32,000 nucleotides of DNA from contig NC_017080.1 of assembly GCF_000284115.1 (NCBI RefSeq), forward strand, positions 30,001-62,000, written 5' to 3'. The stretch comes from Phycisphaera mikurensis NBRC 102666. Lineage in GTDB: Bacteria; Planctomycetota; Phycisphaerae; Phycisphaerales; Phycisphaeraceae. Below, piece after piece: positions 1 through 8,994 of this stretch (the first letter of the stretch is position 1; each line of letters begins with the position of its first letter). A program made the translations under genes and the position numbers. The notes under the pieces are model-generated. The model was given only the letters and a program-made list of their open reading frames with translations, did no database searches and was not told where the DNA came from.

Positions 1-454
1 GCGGAGGCCATGGGAAGCTTTCTCTTGGGGTGCGGACAGTCACGCGCCAGCGGGGCGAGCAGGCTCCTCATCGGAAGGAGGACGGGGCGGCTTCAGGGGT
101 CGAGCAGAGGAGCGGGGCGTCGCACGCCACCGCCCCTCTGCATCTGCACCCGTCGTGTTGTGCGCGTCGGGCAACTCTCGGTGCTGGGCGGACGCTCGCG
201 TTCCCTCCGGTCTTAGTCCCGCACGTCAATCCCGACCCCAGTGATGGACACGCTGATGAATGCAGAAACAGCCTGTGCGCCCTGCCGAGCGTGGCGGGCC
301 GCTTCAGCTGGGCTGCCCGCCTCCGCTTCTGGATCCACGGGGTGGATGAGCCACCTGTGCAGCCAACGGGCCGGGTGCAGCCCCTCCCGCGCAGCGTTGC
401 GCTGCCGCGTGATGCTCTTGTGCTCCTGCTCCTTCGCTCCCCGATCCAGATCCT

Positions 455-1507
455 TCAGCTGCTGTAGGTCGCGGCCTTCACGGCCTCGACGATCTTCTGG
501 GCGTTGGGGAGCATCTCCTGCTCCATCGCGCGGTTGTACGGCGCGGGGATGTCGTCGTTGTGGACGCGCTTCACGCTGTTGTCCAGGTCGTCGAAGCAGT
601 GCTCGTGGATCTGGGCGGCGACCTCGGCGCCGACGCTGGCGAAGGGCCAGCTCTGGTCGACGACGACGGCGTAGTTGGTCTTCTTCACGCTCCGGACGAT
701 CGTGTCGGTGTCCAGCGGGCGGTAGGTGCGGACGTTGATGACCTCGACGTCCAGGCCCTCCTTCTCCAGCGCCTCGGCGGCTTCGAGCGCGAAGTGGACC
801 GGCCGGCCGGCGGCGACGATGGTGCAGTCGGTGCCCTCCTTGATGACCTCGGCCTGGCCGAGCGGGATGACGAAGTCGTCGTCGTCCTCGGGCGGAGCCC
901 AGAGGCCGTCGTGCAGGTAGCGGGAGAAGTCCTTGTCGCCGCGGGCCCCCATGCCCAGCATCCGCTCGGACTCCAGGTTGAAGAAGGGATCGGGGTCCTG
1001 CAGGCCGGCCTTGAGCAGGCCTTTCGCGTCGCGGGGGGTGGCGGGCACGGCCAGCTTGAGGCCGGGCACCGAGCTGAACATGCTCTCAACCGACCAGCTG
1101 TGCGTGGAGCCCAGCTGCCCGCCGGCGCCGTTGTTGCCGCGGAAGACGATGTTGCAGCCGAACTGGCCGCCGCTCATGTAGAGCATCTTCGGCGCGTTGT
1201 TGATGATCTGGTCGGCGGAGACCAGGCAGAACGACCAGCTCATGAACTCGATGATGGGCTTGAGGCCGTACATCGCCGCCCCGATGCCCAGGCCCGAGAA
1301 ACCGGTCTCGGAGATCGGCGCGTCGACGATCCGGCGCGGGCCGAACTCGTCGAGCATGCCCTCGCTGACCTTGTACGCGCCGTTGTACTCGGCGACCTCC
1401 TCGCCCATGAGGAAGTGCCGGTCGTCCTTGCGCATCTCCTCCTCCATGGCTTCGCGGAGGGCGTGGCGGTACTGGATCTTGCGGTCGGTTCTCGTGTCGG
1501 CGGCCAT
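455..1507 (-). CDS. pdhB: Pyruvate dehydrogenase E1 component subunit beta (2-oxoacid dehydrogenase E1 beta)
   Basis: ORF with transketolase-like E1beta motifs (REAMEEEMRKDDRHFLMGEEVAEYNGAYKVSEGML, RIVDAPISETGFSGLGIGAAMYGLKPI). ATG at 1507 (MAADTRT) preferred over the upstream TTG at 1516. Confidence 0.93.
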   Translation of the reverse strand: MAADTRTDRKIQYRHALREAMEEEMRKDDRHFLMGEEVAEYNGAYKVSEGMLDEFGPRRIVDAPISETGFSGLGIGAAMYGLKPIIEFMSWSFCLVSADQIINNAPKMLYMSGGQFGCNIVFRGNNGAGGQLGSTHSWSVESMFSSVPGLKLAVPATPRDAKGLLKAGLQDPDPFFNLESERMLGMGARGDKDFSRYLHDGLWAPPEDDDDFVIPLGQAEVIKEGTDCTIVAAGRPVHFALEAAEALEKEGLDVEVINVRTYRPLDTDTIVRSVKKTNYAVVVDQSWPFASVGAEVAAQIHEHCFDDLDNSVKRVHNDDIPAPYNRAMEQEMLPNAQKIVEAVKAATYSS

Positions 1508-1526
1508 GGTGTTCAAAGTAGAGGAT

Positions 1527-1724
1527 TCAGCTTTCGCCCTCGGGGACGGGGATCTCCAAGGCCCTGCAGATGGAGCGGGCGGTGTTGTGTTGGATCTCCT
1601 TGTGCCGGGGGACCGCCTGCACCCGGCCGTTGAACAGGTTCACCCAGATCGTGTGGCTCCCGCCTTCAGGGTCGACGCGACAGCAGTGGCGGCGGAGGTG
1701 CTTCTCCAGCTTCCGCAGCTTCAA
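1527..1724 (-). CDS. HicA-like mRNA interferase toxin, 65 aa
   Basis: Small basic protein with HicA-type GGSHTIWV catalytic-His motif and ...VPRHKEIQHNTARSICRALEIP tail; overlaps the upstream partner ORF by 4 bp. Confidence 0.75.
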   Translation of the reverse strand: MKLRKLEKHLRRHCCRVDPEGGSHTIWVNLFNGRVQAVPRHKEIQHNTARSICRALEIPVPEGES

Positions 1725-1963
1725 AGGCTGAGCTTCCGACAGACGGCGCCCTCTGGGAGGCGTTTCATTGCCTGCGCCCGCCGGTACGCAAAGAGTTCAA
1801 GCAACGACTCTTCGAGGTTGGCGATGGCCGTCGCTTCGGTCGGCCCCTCCCCATTGGCCTCGTAAAACTCGGCGCAGGCGGCGTGGAACCCCGTCTCCCC
1901 CTCGTCCGGCGGCGTGATGATGTACGTGATCTCCAGATTCGCGTGCTGGGTGGTAGCGGTCAT
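1721..1963 (-). CDS. HicB-like antitoxin, 80 aa
   Basis: HicB-like N-terminal fold pattern (ITYIITPPDEGETGFHAACAEF...EGPTEATAIANLEESLLELF); 4-bp overlap with the HicA-like ORF. Confidence 0.65.
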   Translation of the reverse strand: MTATTQHANLEITYIITPPDEGETGFHAACAEFYEANGEGPTEATAIANLEESLLELFAYRRAQAMKRLPEGAVCRKLSL

Positions 1964-1970
1964 GACGGAT

Positions 1971-2117
1971 TCAGAAGATTACGAGGTAGAGGAACACGGC
2001 CAGGAGCGGCCCGCCCATGCCGGCGATGCCGAAGATGATCAGGCCGACGAGCCAAAGGGGCGTGGGATCGTCGTCGTCGCCCATCGTCTCCGCCGGCTTT
2101 GGAGACGCGGGCGGCAT
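1971..2117 (-). CDS. Small single-TM membrane protein, 48 aa
   Basis: MPPASPKPAETMGDDDDPTPLWLVGLIIFGIAGMGGPLLAVFLYLVIF; preceded on the minus strand by GGAGGAGGATTGAAC-ATG; fits tightly between pdhA and hicB-like. Confidence 0.55.
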   Translation of the reverse strand: MPPASPKPAETMGDDDDPTPLWLVGLIIFGIAGMGGPLLAVFLYLVIF

Positions 2118-2119
2118 GT

Positions 2120-3337
2120 TCAATCCTCCTCCCGGGCCTCCGTCGCCGCGTCCGGTGCGGCGAAAGCGGGGTTGGGCTCGCCCTGCTTGTACGGGCCGTA
2201 GGGGTTGGCGTACACGTCCGTGAACAGCTCGCTCCGGGGCATCGGGTCGGCGGCCTCGGCGTGGGCGAGGGCCTGCTTCGCGGCGTCCTTGGCCTTGGCG
2301 TCGAGCTTGTCGATCGACTCCTGGTCGAGCAGGTCGTGCTCGATGAGGTGAGCGACGAGCCGGTTGATGCAGTCGACGTCCTGCTTCCCGCTGACCTCGT
2401 CCTTGCTGCGGTACTTCTGCGGGTCGCTCATCGAGTGGCCCTGGTACCGGTAGGTCTTCACGTTGATGAAGCACGGGCCCGGCGTGCGGCCGCCGACGTC
2501 GTACGTGGGGATTGACTCCCGCTTGCCGGTTTTCTCATTGTAGTTGATGGGTCGGGCGTTTCGGGTGCGCTTCACCTCGTCGCGGAAGGTCACGTAGGTG
2601 TCCAGCACGTCCTGGCCGTCGCACTCGGCGTAGCGCATGCCGTAGGCCTCGGCCCGCTGCCGCTGGTCGTGGGCCATGGCGGTCCCGCGGGCGATGTCGG
2701 TGCCCATGGAGTAGCCGTTGTTCTCCAGCACGAAGATCAGCGGCAGGTTGTAGACGCTCGCGAGGTTCATCGCCTCGTGCGTGGCGCCCTGGTTGAGCGC
2801 TCCGTCGCCCATGAAGCACAGAGCGACGTGGTCCTTCTTCGTGTACTGGATGCCCCAGCCCAGGCCGCAGCCCAGCGGGTTCTGCCCGCCGACGATGGCG
2901 TGGCCGCCGTACATGTCGTTGGGCTTGTCGAACATGTGCATCGACCCGCCCTTGCCCTTGGCGCAGCCGGTGGCCTTGCCGAACATCTCGGCCATGCAGG
3001 CGTCGGGGTGCATGCCCTTGGCCAGCGCGTGGCCGTGGTCGCGGTAGGCGGTGACCACCGGGTCGCCCTCCTTCAGGGCGGCGATGGCGCCCACGGCGGT
3101 GGCCTCCTGGCCGATGTAGATGTGGCAGAAGCCGCCGATCTTCGCCTGCTGGTAGGCCTGCATCGTCCGCTCCTCGAAGCGGCGGATGAGCATCATGTCG
3201 TAGAGCAGGCCGGAGAGCCGCTCGGGGGAGAGGCCATGGTCGGGGTCGGCCCCGCGTGCAACGCCGGGGGCGTCGTCGGAGGAGCCGCCCTCGGAAGGAG
3301 CGGCTGCGGCGGGGGCTTCGGCGGTGGCGCTGGTCAT
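2120..3337 (-). CDS. pdhA: Pyruvate dehydrogenase E1 component subunit alpha
   Basis: TPP-binding E1alpha motifs: GGKGGSMHMFDKPNDMYGGHAIVGGQNPLGCGLGWGIQYTKKD...CFMGDGALNQGATHEAMNLASVYNLPLIFVLENNGYSMGT; YRYQGHSMSDP. Confidence 0.95.
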   Translation of the reverse strand: MTSATAEAPAAAAPSEGGSSDDAPGVARGADPDHGLSPERLSGLLYDMMLIRRFEERTMQAYQQAKIGGFCHIYIGQEATAVGAIAALKEGDPVVTAYRDHGHALAKGMHPDACMAEMFGKATGCAKGKGGSMHMFDKPNDMYGGHAIVGGQNPLGCGLGWGIQYTKKDHVALCFMGDGALNQGATHEAMNLASVYNLPLIFVLENNGYSMGTDIARGTAMAHDQRQRAEAYGMRYAECDGQDVLDTYVTFRDEVKRTRNARPINYNEKTGKRESIPTYDVGGRTPGPCFINVKTYRYQGHSMSDPQKYRSKDEVSGKQDVDCINRLVAHLIEHDLLDQESIDKLDAKAKDAAKQALAHAEAADPMPRSELFTDVYANPYGPYKQGEPNPAFAAPDAATEAREED

Positions 3338-3441
3338 GACGGGTTGAGCTTAGGGATGGGGGGCGGGTGGGCGCTCCCCGGGGCGTTTCGGTCGGGCGGG
3401 GCCGCGAGATGAGGCCCCCGGGAGCCGACCGTGCCGCGGAT

Positions 3442-3487
3442 CCGCGGACCGTCGGCCCGGGGACGCCGAGGGGCCGGCGGTCCGCGG
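3442..3487. repeat. Strong inverted repeat/hairpin in pdhA-msrA divergent intergenic region
   Basis: CCGCGGACCGTCGGCCC (3442-3458) pairs with GGGCCGGCGGTCCGCGG (3471-3487): 17-nt arms, one G-U wobble, 12-nt loop. Confidence 0.6.
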
Positions 3488-3575
3488 CGCGACGGAATGC
3501 GTCCCGCAGGAGCGGCGCAGGGGGCGGCGGGGAGCCTGGCAGAACCGGTTGAAGCCCGGTCTCGTCTGAACGATC

Positions 3576-4262
3576 ATGCGATCCGCTCTCCGACTCTTCG
3601 TGCCCCTCCTGCTCCTACCCTTGACCATGGCTGGAATCTCCTGCTCGACGTCACACGCCGCCCCGTCCGGCTTCCCCGCCCCGCCGGCCGAGCAGCCGGC
3701 GGGGGTGGAGGCGGTGAACGAGGAGGGCGAGGCCGTGGCGGTGCTCGCCGGGGGCTGCTTCTGGTGCACCGAGGCCGTCTTCGAGCGGCTGGCGGGCGTG
3801 AAGACGGTGGTCTCCGGCTACGCCGGTGGCACGGCCGAGGACGCGGACTACAAGAAGGTCTCCGGCGGGCTGACCGAGCACGCCGAGGCGATCAAGATCG
3901 TCTACGACCCGGCCCAGACGCGTTTCCTCGACCTGCTGGAGGTGTTCTTTGCGGTGGCCCACAACCCCACGCACGTGAACCGGCAGGGCAACGACCACGG
4001 TCCGCAGTACCGCTCGGCGGTCTTCTACGCCAACGACGCGCAGAAGGCGGCGGCGGAGGCGTACATCCAGGAAATCGACGCGAGCGGCGTCTACCCCGAC
4101 CCGGTGGCGACGAAGATGGAGCCGCTCAACCGCTTCTACGAGGCGGAGCCCTACCACCAGGACTACGCGGCGAACAACCCCGACAACCCGTACGTGCGGG
4201 GGGTGGGTCAGCCAAAGGTGGACAAGCTGGAGAAGAGCTTCCCCGAGCGCCTGAAGAAGTGA
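3576..4262 (+). CDS. msrA: Peptide-methionine (S)-S-oxide reductase MsrA, predicted lipoprotein
   Basis: GGCFWCTEAVFERLAGVKTVVSGYAGG, HNPTHVNRQGNDHGPQYRSAVF, EPYHQDY; N-terminal lipobox-like signal LTMAGISC. Confidence 0.95.
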   Translation: MRSALRLFVPLLLLPLTMAGISCSTSHAAPSGFPAPPAEQPAGVEAVNEEGEAVAVLAGGCFWCTEAVFERLAGVKTVVSGYAGGTAEDADYKKVSGGLTEHAEAIKIVYDPAQTRFLDLLEVFFAVAHNPTHVNRQGNDHGPQYRSAVFYANDAQKAAAEAYIQEIDASGVYPDPVATKMEPLNRFYEAEPYHQDYAANNPDNPYVRGVGQPKVDKLEKSFPERLKK

Positions 4263-4267
4263 CCGCG

Positions 4268-4298
4268 CCCCCCGCCGCCGCTCCGACGGCGGGCGGGG
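4268..4298. terminator. GC hairpin between convergent msrA and 951-aa ORF, candidate bidirectional terminator
   Basis: CCCCGCCGCCG...CGGCGGGCGGGG with one bulge in the 36-bp convergent gap; no clear U-tract. Confidence 0.4.
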
Positions 4299-7127
4299 TC
4301 AGCGGAGGGCGGCGGCGCGGATCGCGCGGAGGCGGGCGGCGGAGGCGGGACCGCCCAAGGCGGGGTCCTGGTCCTCGAGCTGCGCGACGGAGAGGCCGAC
4401 GCGGTCGACGCCTTCGCCCAGGGCGAGGTTGATCGAGAGCCGGCGGGCCCAGGCGTTCCAGAAGGCCGGCGGTCGCGTGCCGGCGAGGCCGCGGATCAAG
4501 CGGTCGTAGTACGGCGCGGCGCCGCGGGCGGCGGCGTCGGCCCCGGGCTCGTCGGTGAGCGTGAACGCGGTGCCGCCGGCGTCGCGGGTGCGGCGGACGC
4601 CCAGGGCGAAGCGGGCCTCGGCGGCGGCTTCGAGCACGCCGGCGTCGGCGGGGAAGGCGGCCTCCACGCCGGACTCCGCGAGGAAGGCGATGGCGCCGCC
4701 GGGGTCCCCCGAGCGGGTGAGGCCGTTGGCGTAAGCCAGCCGCCAGGGCAGCATGTCGGCTTCGGAGAGGCCGCGCCGGTTGGCGTCGGCCAGCAGCAGC
4801 GCCGCGAGCTGCACGGCGGAGGCGGAGACGCCGGCGGCCTCGTCCTCCAGCTCGGCGGCCCGGCTGGCGGAGGCGTCGCGGGCCCGCTCGGCCAGGGCGT
4901 CGGCCCGGGCCAGGAGGTCGGCGAGCACGCTCTTGACGACGCCGGCGGCGGCGGCGGGGTGGGCCTCCATCATCCCCGCGGCCTCGGCGGCGGCGGCGGC
5001 GGGCTCCCCGGCGGCGAGGAAGGCGGCGACGCGGAGCCCGGCGGCTTCGGCGAGCAGGCCGGGGACCGCGGCGGTGGCGGCGGGGTCGCCGCTGACCGAC
5101 GCGAGGCGGGCATCGAGGCCGTCGAGCCCGGCGGCGGCGGCGGAGGGGTTGCCGCGGGCGCTCTGGATGCGGGCGGCCGCGAGCGCGGCGCGGCCGACGC
5201 CGAGCACGGCGGCCGCGGGGTCGGCCCGGCCGCGGGCCCGGGCCTCGGCGGCGAGCCGCTCGGCGGTGGCCTCGGCGGCGTCGAGCAGCGTCCGCGCCGC
5301 TTCCCGCGAGGGCGCGGCGGCCGCGGCACGCTCCCGCGCGTCCAGGGACAGGCCGAGCGCGTCGAGCCGCTGCGGGTGGTCCGCGGGCACGAGCTCGTAC
5401 ACGGCCGCCGCTCCCGCATCGTCGCCGCGGAGGGTGTGGCCGGCGTAGGCCCAGTACAGCCGGTGGCGTTCGGCGGCGGGGGTCTCGGCGAAGCGGGAGA
5501 ACAGCAGCGACATCACCTCGGCGTAGCGGTCGGCGACCGGGCCATCGGGTCGGCTGGCCGAGGCCTGCGCCGAGGCGGCGAGGTCGGCGGCGCGGGCGAT
5601 CGCGGGCTCGGCCTCGGCGGACCGGGGGAAGTCGCGGGCGATCGCGAGCAGCGACGCGATCGACGCGTCGACGGCGGCGGGGTCGTCGGGCGAGGCCGCC
5701 GCGGTGGCGGCGGCGAGGTCGGCGGCGGCACCCAGGGCGGCGTCGCGCTCGACGCCTTCGGGCAGCGCGGCGGGGTCCCCCAGGCCGGACACCGCGGCGG
5801 ACGCGGCGGCGGCGGCCCGGGCGTGGTCGCCGGCGGCGAGGGCCTCGCGGGCGACGGCGGCGGCGACGCGGGGCGGCAGGCCGGCGGCTTCGACGCCGGC
5901 GCCAGCGGCGAGCGACGCCTGCCGCGAGCGGGCGAGCGCATCGAGCGCGGGCGGCAGGCCGTCGTAGGCGCCGGCCGCGGCGGCGGCGTCGCCCGCGGCG
6001 GCGGCGTGGCGGGCGGCGGCGTCGGCCACGAGCAGGGCCAGCATCGGGTCGCTGCTGCGGGTGGCGGCCGCGGCGGCGGCGGCCAGCGCCGCCTCCGCGG
6101 CCGCGCCGTCCTGGGTCGCGGCGAGCGCGAGCCTGGCGGTGACGGCGAGGCGGCCGGGCGGCAGCTCCGGCACGAGGTTGCGGAGCGTCGCGGCGGCGCC
6201 GGCAAGATCGCCCGAAGCGGCGTTGGCGCGGGCGAGCAGGAGCGAGGCGGCGGGGGCGAGCGGGCCGGGGTCGCCGTCGAGCAGGGCCCGGGCCGATCGC
6301 CGGGCGAGATCGAGCAGGCGCCGCCGCTCGGCGGCGGGATCGTCGAGGCGGCCGGCGAGCGGCACGGGCGGCGCGGCGTCGTGATACGGGTCGCCGGCGG
6401 GCAGCGTCGCCAGGCCGAGCGCGGCGGTGGCGACGCCAAGCGGCGCGCGCCGCTCGGCCACTCCCCGGAGCACGGCGTCGGCGAGCCCGGAGGCGCGGGC
6501 GTCGGCCTCGGCGGCGCGGTCGCGGCCGAGCGCGTTCCGCAGGCGGGCGGCGGCGGCGCCGGCCTCCTGCGCGGCGGCGAGCGCCTCGGCCAGGGCGGGG
6601 GCGACGGGGGCGGCTTCGCTCGGGGACGGCCGGCCGTACGCGACGGAGAGGTCGGCGTGGCGGAGCCGGCGTTCCAGCCGGCCGACGAGCAGCGCCTCGG
6701 CGAGGTCGGCGGCGAAGAGCGCCCGCTGGGGGTGGCCCGCCAGCGCCGGGTCGGTGGCGAGCTCGCGGAGCGCCGCGAGCCGGGCGTTCGATGCGGCCGC
6801 GGCCCGCGTGGCCGCGGCCCGCAGCGCGTCGGCGTCGCCCGCCGCGGCGGCGGCGCGGCCGGCGGCGTCGGCCGAGACCTCCGCCGCGTGGGCCCCGGCC
6901 GCCGCGAGCACCCGCGCGGTCGCGGGGTCGTCCAGCGGCGGGGCGTCGGCCGCCCAGCGCTCCAGGAGCGCCGGGAGCCCTCGCTGCCCGAGGTCCCGCA
7001 GCAGCCGGTGCTCGGTGAAGGCGTCGGTGGTGCCCGCGGCGGGCGCCGCCGACGCGCCCGGCGAGACGCCCGCTGCGATCAGGACGGTGGCGGCGTGGAG
7101 GAAGCGGTGGCGGAGCGCGTGGGGCAT
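4299..7127 (-). CDS. Large Ala-rich predicted exported protein, likely helical/TPR-like; last gene of the ExbBD cluster
   Basis: Long ORF with signal-like start MPHALRHRFLHAATVLIAAGVSPGASA; repetitive Ala-rich amphipathic helices; adjacent downstream of the exbD gene. Confidence 0.75.
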   Translation of the reverse strand: MPHALRHRFLHAATVLIAAGVSPGASAAPAAGTTDAFTEHRLLRDLGQRGLPALLERWAADAPPLDDPATARVLAAAGAHAAEVSADAAGRAAAAAGDADALRAAATRAAAASNARLAALRELATDPALAGHPQRALFAADLAEALLVGRLERRLRHADLSVAYGRPSPSEAAPVAPALAEALAAAQEAGAAAARLRNALGRDRAAEADARASGLADAVLRGVAERRAPLGVATAALGLATLPAGDPYHDAAPPVPLAGRLDDPAAERRRLLDLARRSARALLDGDPGPLAPAASLLLARANAASGDLAGAAATLRNLVPELPPGRLAVTARLALAATQDGAAAEAALAAAAAAATRSSDPMLALLVADAAARHAAAAGDAAAAAGAYDGLPPALDALARSRQASLAAGAGVEAAGLPPRVAAAVAREALAAGDHARAAAAASAAVSGLGDPAALPEGVERDAALGAAADLAAATAAASPDDPAAVDASIASLLAIARDFPRSAEAEPAIARAADLAASAQASASRPDGPVADRYAEVMSLLFSRFAETPAAERHRLYWAYAGHTLRGDDAGAAAVYELVPADHPQRLDALGLSLDARERAAAAAPSREAARTLLDAAEATAERLAAEARARGRADPAAAVLGVGRAALAAARIQSARGNPSAAAAGLDGLDARLASVSGDPAATAAVPGLLAEAAGLRVAAFLAAGEPAAAAAEAAGMMEAHPAAAAGVVKSVLADLLARADALAERARDASASRAAELEDEAAGVSASAVQLAALLLADANRRGLSEADMLPWRLAYANGLTRSGDPGGAIAFLAESGVEAAFPADAGVLEAAAEARFALGVRRTRDAGGTAFTLTDEPGADAAARGAAPYYDRLIRGLAGTRPPAFWNAWARRLSINLALGEGVDRVGLSVAQLEDQDPALGGPASAARLRAIRAAALR

Positions 7128-7150
7128 GGGCACGGGGTGTCGGCGTGGCG

Positions 7151-7621
7151 TCACTTCATCGCGACGCGGGTGTAGCCCGCGGCGACGGCGGCGTTGAAGG
7201 CGTCGACGGTGTGCTGCCAGCGCACCGCGGGGTCGGCCTCGATGAGGATCGGGTGGTCGCTCTCGTAGAGGGCGCTCGGGCTGCGGCCGGGCCCGCGGCG
7301 CTGCGCCGCCAGGTCGTCGCGCAGCTCGGCGACGCCGGCGTAACGCCGGCGGCCGCGGGTGATTACCGCGGCGGTGTCGTCGCCGGCCGGCACGGCGATC
7401 TCGATCACGACCTTCTGCACCGGCAGCTCGTCGAGCGGTGGCGGCTGGCCGGTGCCCCGCGGCAGCTGGGCCTCCAGCACGCCCTCGTCCACCTGGAAGT
7501 TCGCGGTGATGACGAAGTAGATGAGCAGCAGGAAGATCACGTCGATCATCGACGTGAGGTTCAGCTGGCCCACGCGGGCGGCGCCCCGGCCGCGGCGGGA
7601 TCTGGGGCGGGCGTCGCTCAC
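7151..7621 (-). CDS. Biopolymer transport protein ExbD/TolR family (copy 2)
   Basis: GQLNLTSMIDVIFLLLIYFVITANFQV: single TM with conserved Asp; 4-bp overlap with the preceding exbD. Confidence 0.87.
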   Translation of the reverse strand: MSDARPRSRRGRGAARVGQLNLTSMIDVIFLLLIYFVITANFQVDEGVLEAQLPRGTGQPPPLDELPVQKVVIEIAVPAGDDTAAVITRGRRRYAGVAELRDDLAAQRRGPGRSPSALYESDHPILIEADPAVRWQHTVDAFNAAVAAGYTRVAMK

Positions 7622-8100
7622 CGGTCGGTCCCCGCGACGACGTCGATCTTGGCGACGCCCGCCGCCGTCACGGCCGCCATCACCGGGCGGACCTGGTCCT
7701 GGAAGAGCGCGGCGTCGGCGCGGAGCAGCACGCGGACGCCGGGGCGCCGCGCCACCGCTTCGCGGACGGCTGCGGTGATGCCGGCGGCGTCGCCGGGCTC
7801 GAAGCGGCCCAGCGCCCCCACCTGCACGAAGCTCGCGCGGCCGTCGTGGTTCAGCGGCTGCTGCGCGCGGCCGTCGCCGAAGGGCTGGGGCGCGATCGAG
7901 ACGATCAGCGTGTCGGCCTCGGGGGTCTCGCTGGTCTGCGGGTCCGAGGGCGTGGGCGGCAGCAGCGGCACCAGCTCGCTGGCGACGATGTTGTTCACGA
8001 GCATGAAGAACACGATGAGCAGGAAGGTGACGTCGATCAGCGGCGTCAGGTTCATCGTGGGCGTCACGCCCCGGCGTTTGGCGCTGCGGCGGGCGTCCAT
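7618..8100 (-). CDS. Biopolymer transport protein ExbD/TolR family (copy 1)
   Basis: MDARRSAKRRGVTPTMNLTPLIDVTFLLIVFFMLVNNIVASE; ATG at 8100 overlaps the ExbB stop codon. Confidence 0.9.
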   Translation of the reverse strand: MDARRSAKRRGVTPTMNLTPLIDVTFLLIVFFMLVNNIVASELVPLLPPTPSDPQTSETPEADTLIVSIAPQPFGDGRAQQPLNHDGRASFVQVGALGRFEPGDAAGITAAVREAVARRPGVRVLLRADAALFQDQVRPVMAAVTAAGVAKIDVVAGTDR

Positions 8101-8984
8101 CAGAAGTACGCCCCGTCGGCGGCGGGCGGCGCGGGCGCGGCCGGGGGGGCCGGAGGAGCCGGGGGCGGCGCGGGCGCGGGCGCGGGGGCGGGCGGCGCCG
8201 GGGCGGGAGCCGCGGCCGGGGCGGGCGGCTTGCGCTTCGCGGCCGCGGAACCCTTCCCGCTCGGCCGGAAAGGCCGAAGGATTGCTTCGGCCTCGAGCAC
8301 GGCGTCGGCCGCCAGCGCGTCCACGCGGTTGTGCAGCAGGGCGTACGCGGCCAGCGCCGGGATCGCGACGACCAGGCCCCACAGCGTCGTCACCAGCGCC
8401 GTGGAGATGCCGCCGGCGAGCTGCACCGGGTCCGGCGAGCCGCCGGAGGACACCAGCGACTGGAAGGCGACGATCATGCCGTAGACGGTGCCGAAGAGGC
8501 CCATCATCGGGGCGATGTTGCCGAGCACGTTCAGCGCCTCGATGGGCCGCAGCAGCTTGGCCGTCTCGGCGTCGCCGGTCTCCAGCAGCGTCCGCTCCAT
8601 CACCTCGTAGCCCGCGGGCGCCTCGACGAGCGCGGCGGCGGTCAGGTCGCCCAGCAGGCTGCCGTCCTTCTGCGCCGCGTCGAGCGCTTCGCGGAACTTG
8701 CGCTCGCCGAGCAGGCGCTTCAGCTCGGGCTTCAAGCCGGCCGGCAGCAGCGTCGCCCGGCGGAATTGCACGGCGTAGCGGATCGCCAGCGTCAGGCTGA
8801 TCATCGACAGCAGCACGAGCACCCAGATGAAGACAAGCCCCACCGGGTCGTCGCTCCAGAAGAACATCCCGAAGAAGGAGGTCTGCGTCGGGCCGGCGGG
8901 CGCGTCGCCGGGCTGGGCCGCGGCCGATGCGGCGGGGAGCAGAAGCAGCGGCAGGACCGGGAGGAGGCGGCGGGCGTGGATCAT
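8100..8984 (-). CDS. MotA/TolQ/ExbB proton channel family protein with signal-like N-terminus and Pro/Ala-rich tail
   Basis: GLVFIWVLVLLSMISLTLAIRYAVQ...LETGDAETAKLLRPIEALNVLGNIAPMMGLFGTVYGMIVAFQSL...GGISTALVTTLWGLVVAIPALAAY is a typical ExbB core. Confidence 0.93.
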   Translation of the reverse strand: MIHARRLLPVLPLLLLPAASAAAQPGDAPAGPTQTSFFGMFFWSDDPVGLVFIWVLVLLSMISLTLAIRYAVQFRRATLLPAGLKPELKRLLGERKFREALDAAQKDGSLLGDLTAAALVEAPAGYEVMERTLLETGDAETAKLLRPIEALNVLGNIAPMMGLFGTVYGMIVAFQSLVSSGGSPDPVQLAGGISTALVTTLWGLVVAIPALAAYALLHNRVDALAADAVLEAEAILRPFRPSGKGSAAAKRKPPAPAAAPAPAPPAPAPAPAPPPAPPAPPAAPAPPAADGAYF

Positions 8985-8994
8985 GGGCGGGGGG

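Noticed and set aside
1-454. ORFs 10-216, 30-467 and 241-738
   Set aside because: No recognisable motif, codon pattern or ribosome site; the region downstream of pdhB is probably noncoding or the edge of another locus, so left uncalled.
4959-7175. 738-aa plus-strand ORF opposite the 951-aa gene
   Set aside because: Antisense shadow ORF of a GC-rich Ala-rich gene; no motif, and the minus-strand frame has a signal peptide and operon context.
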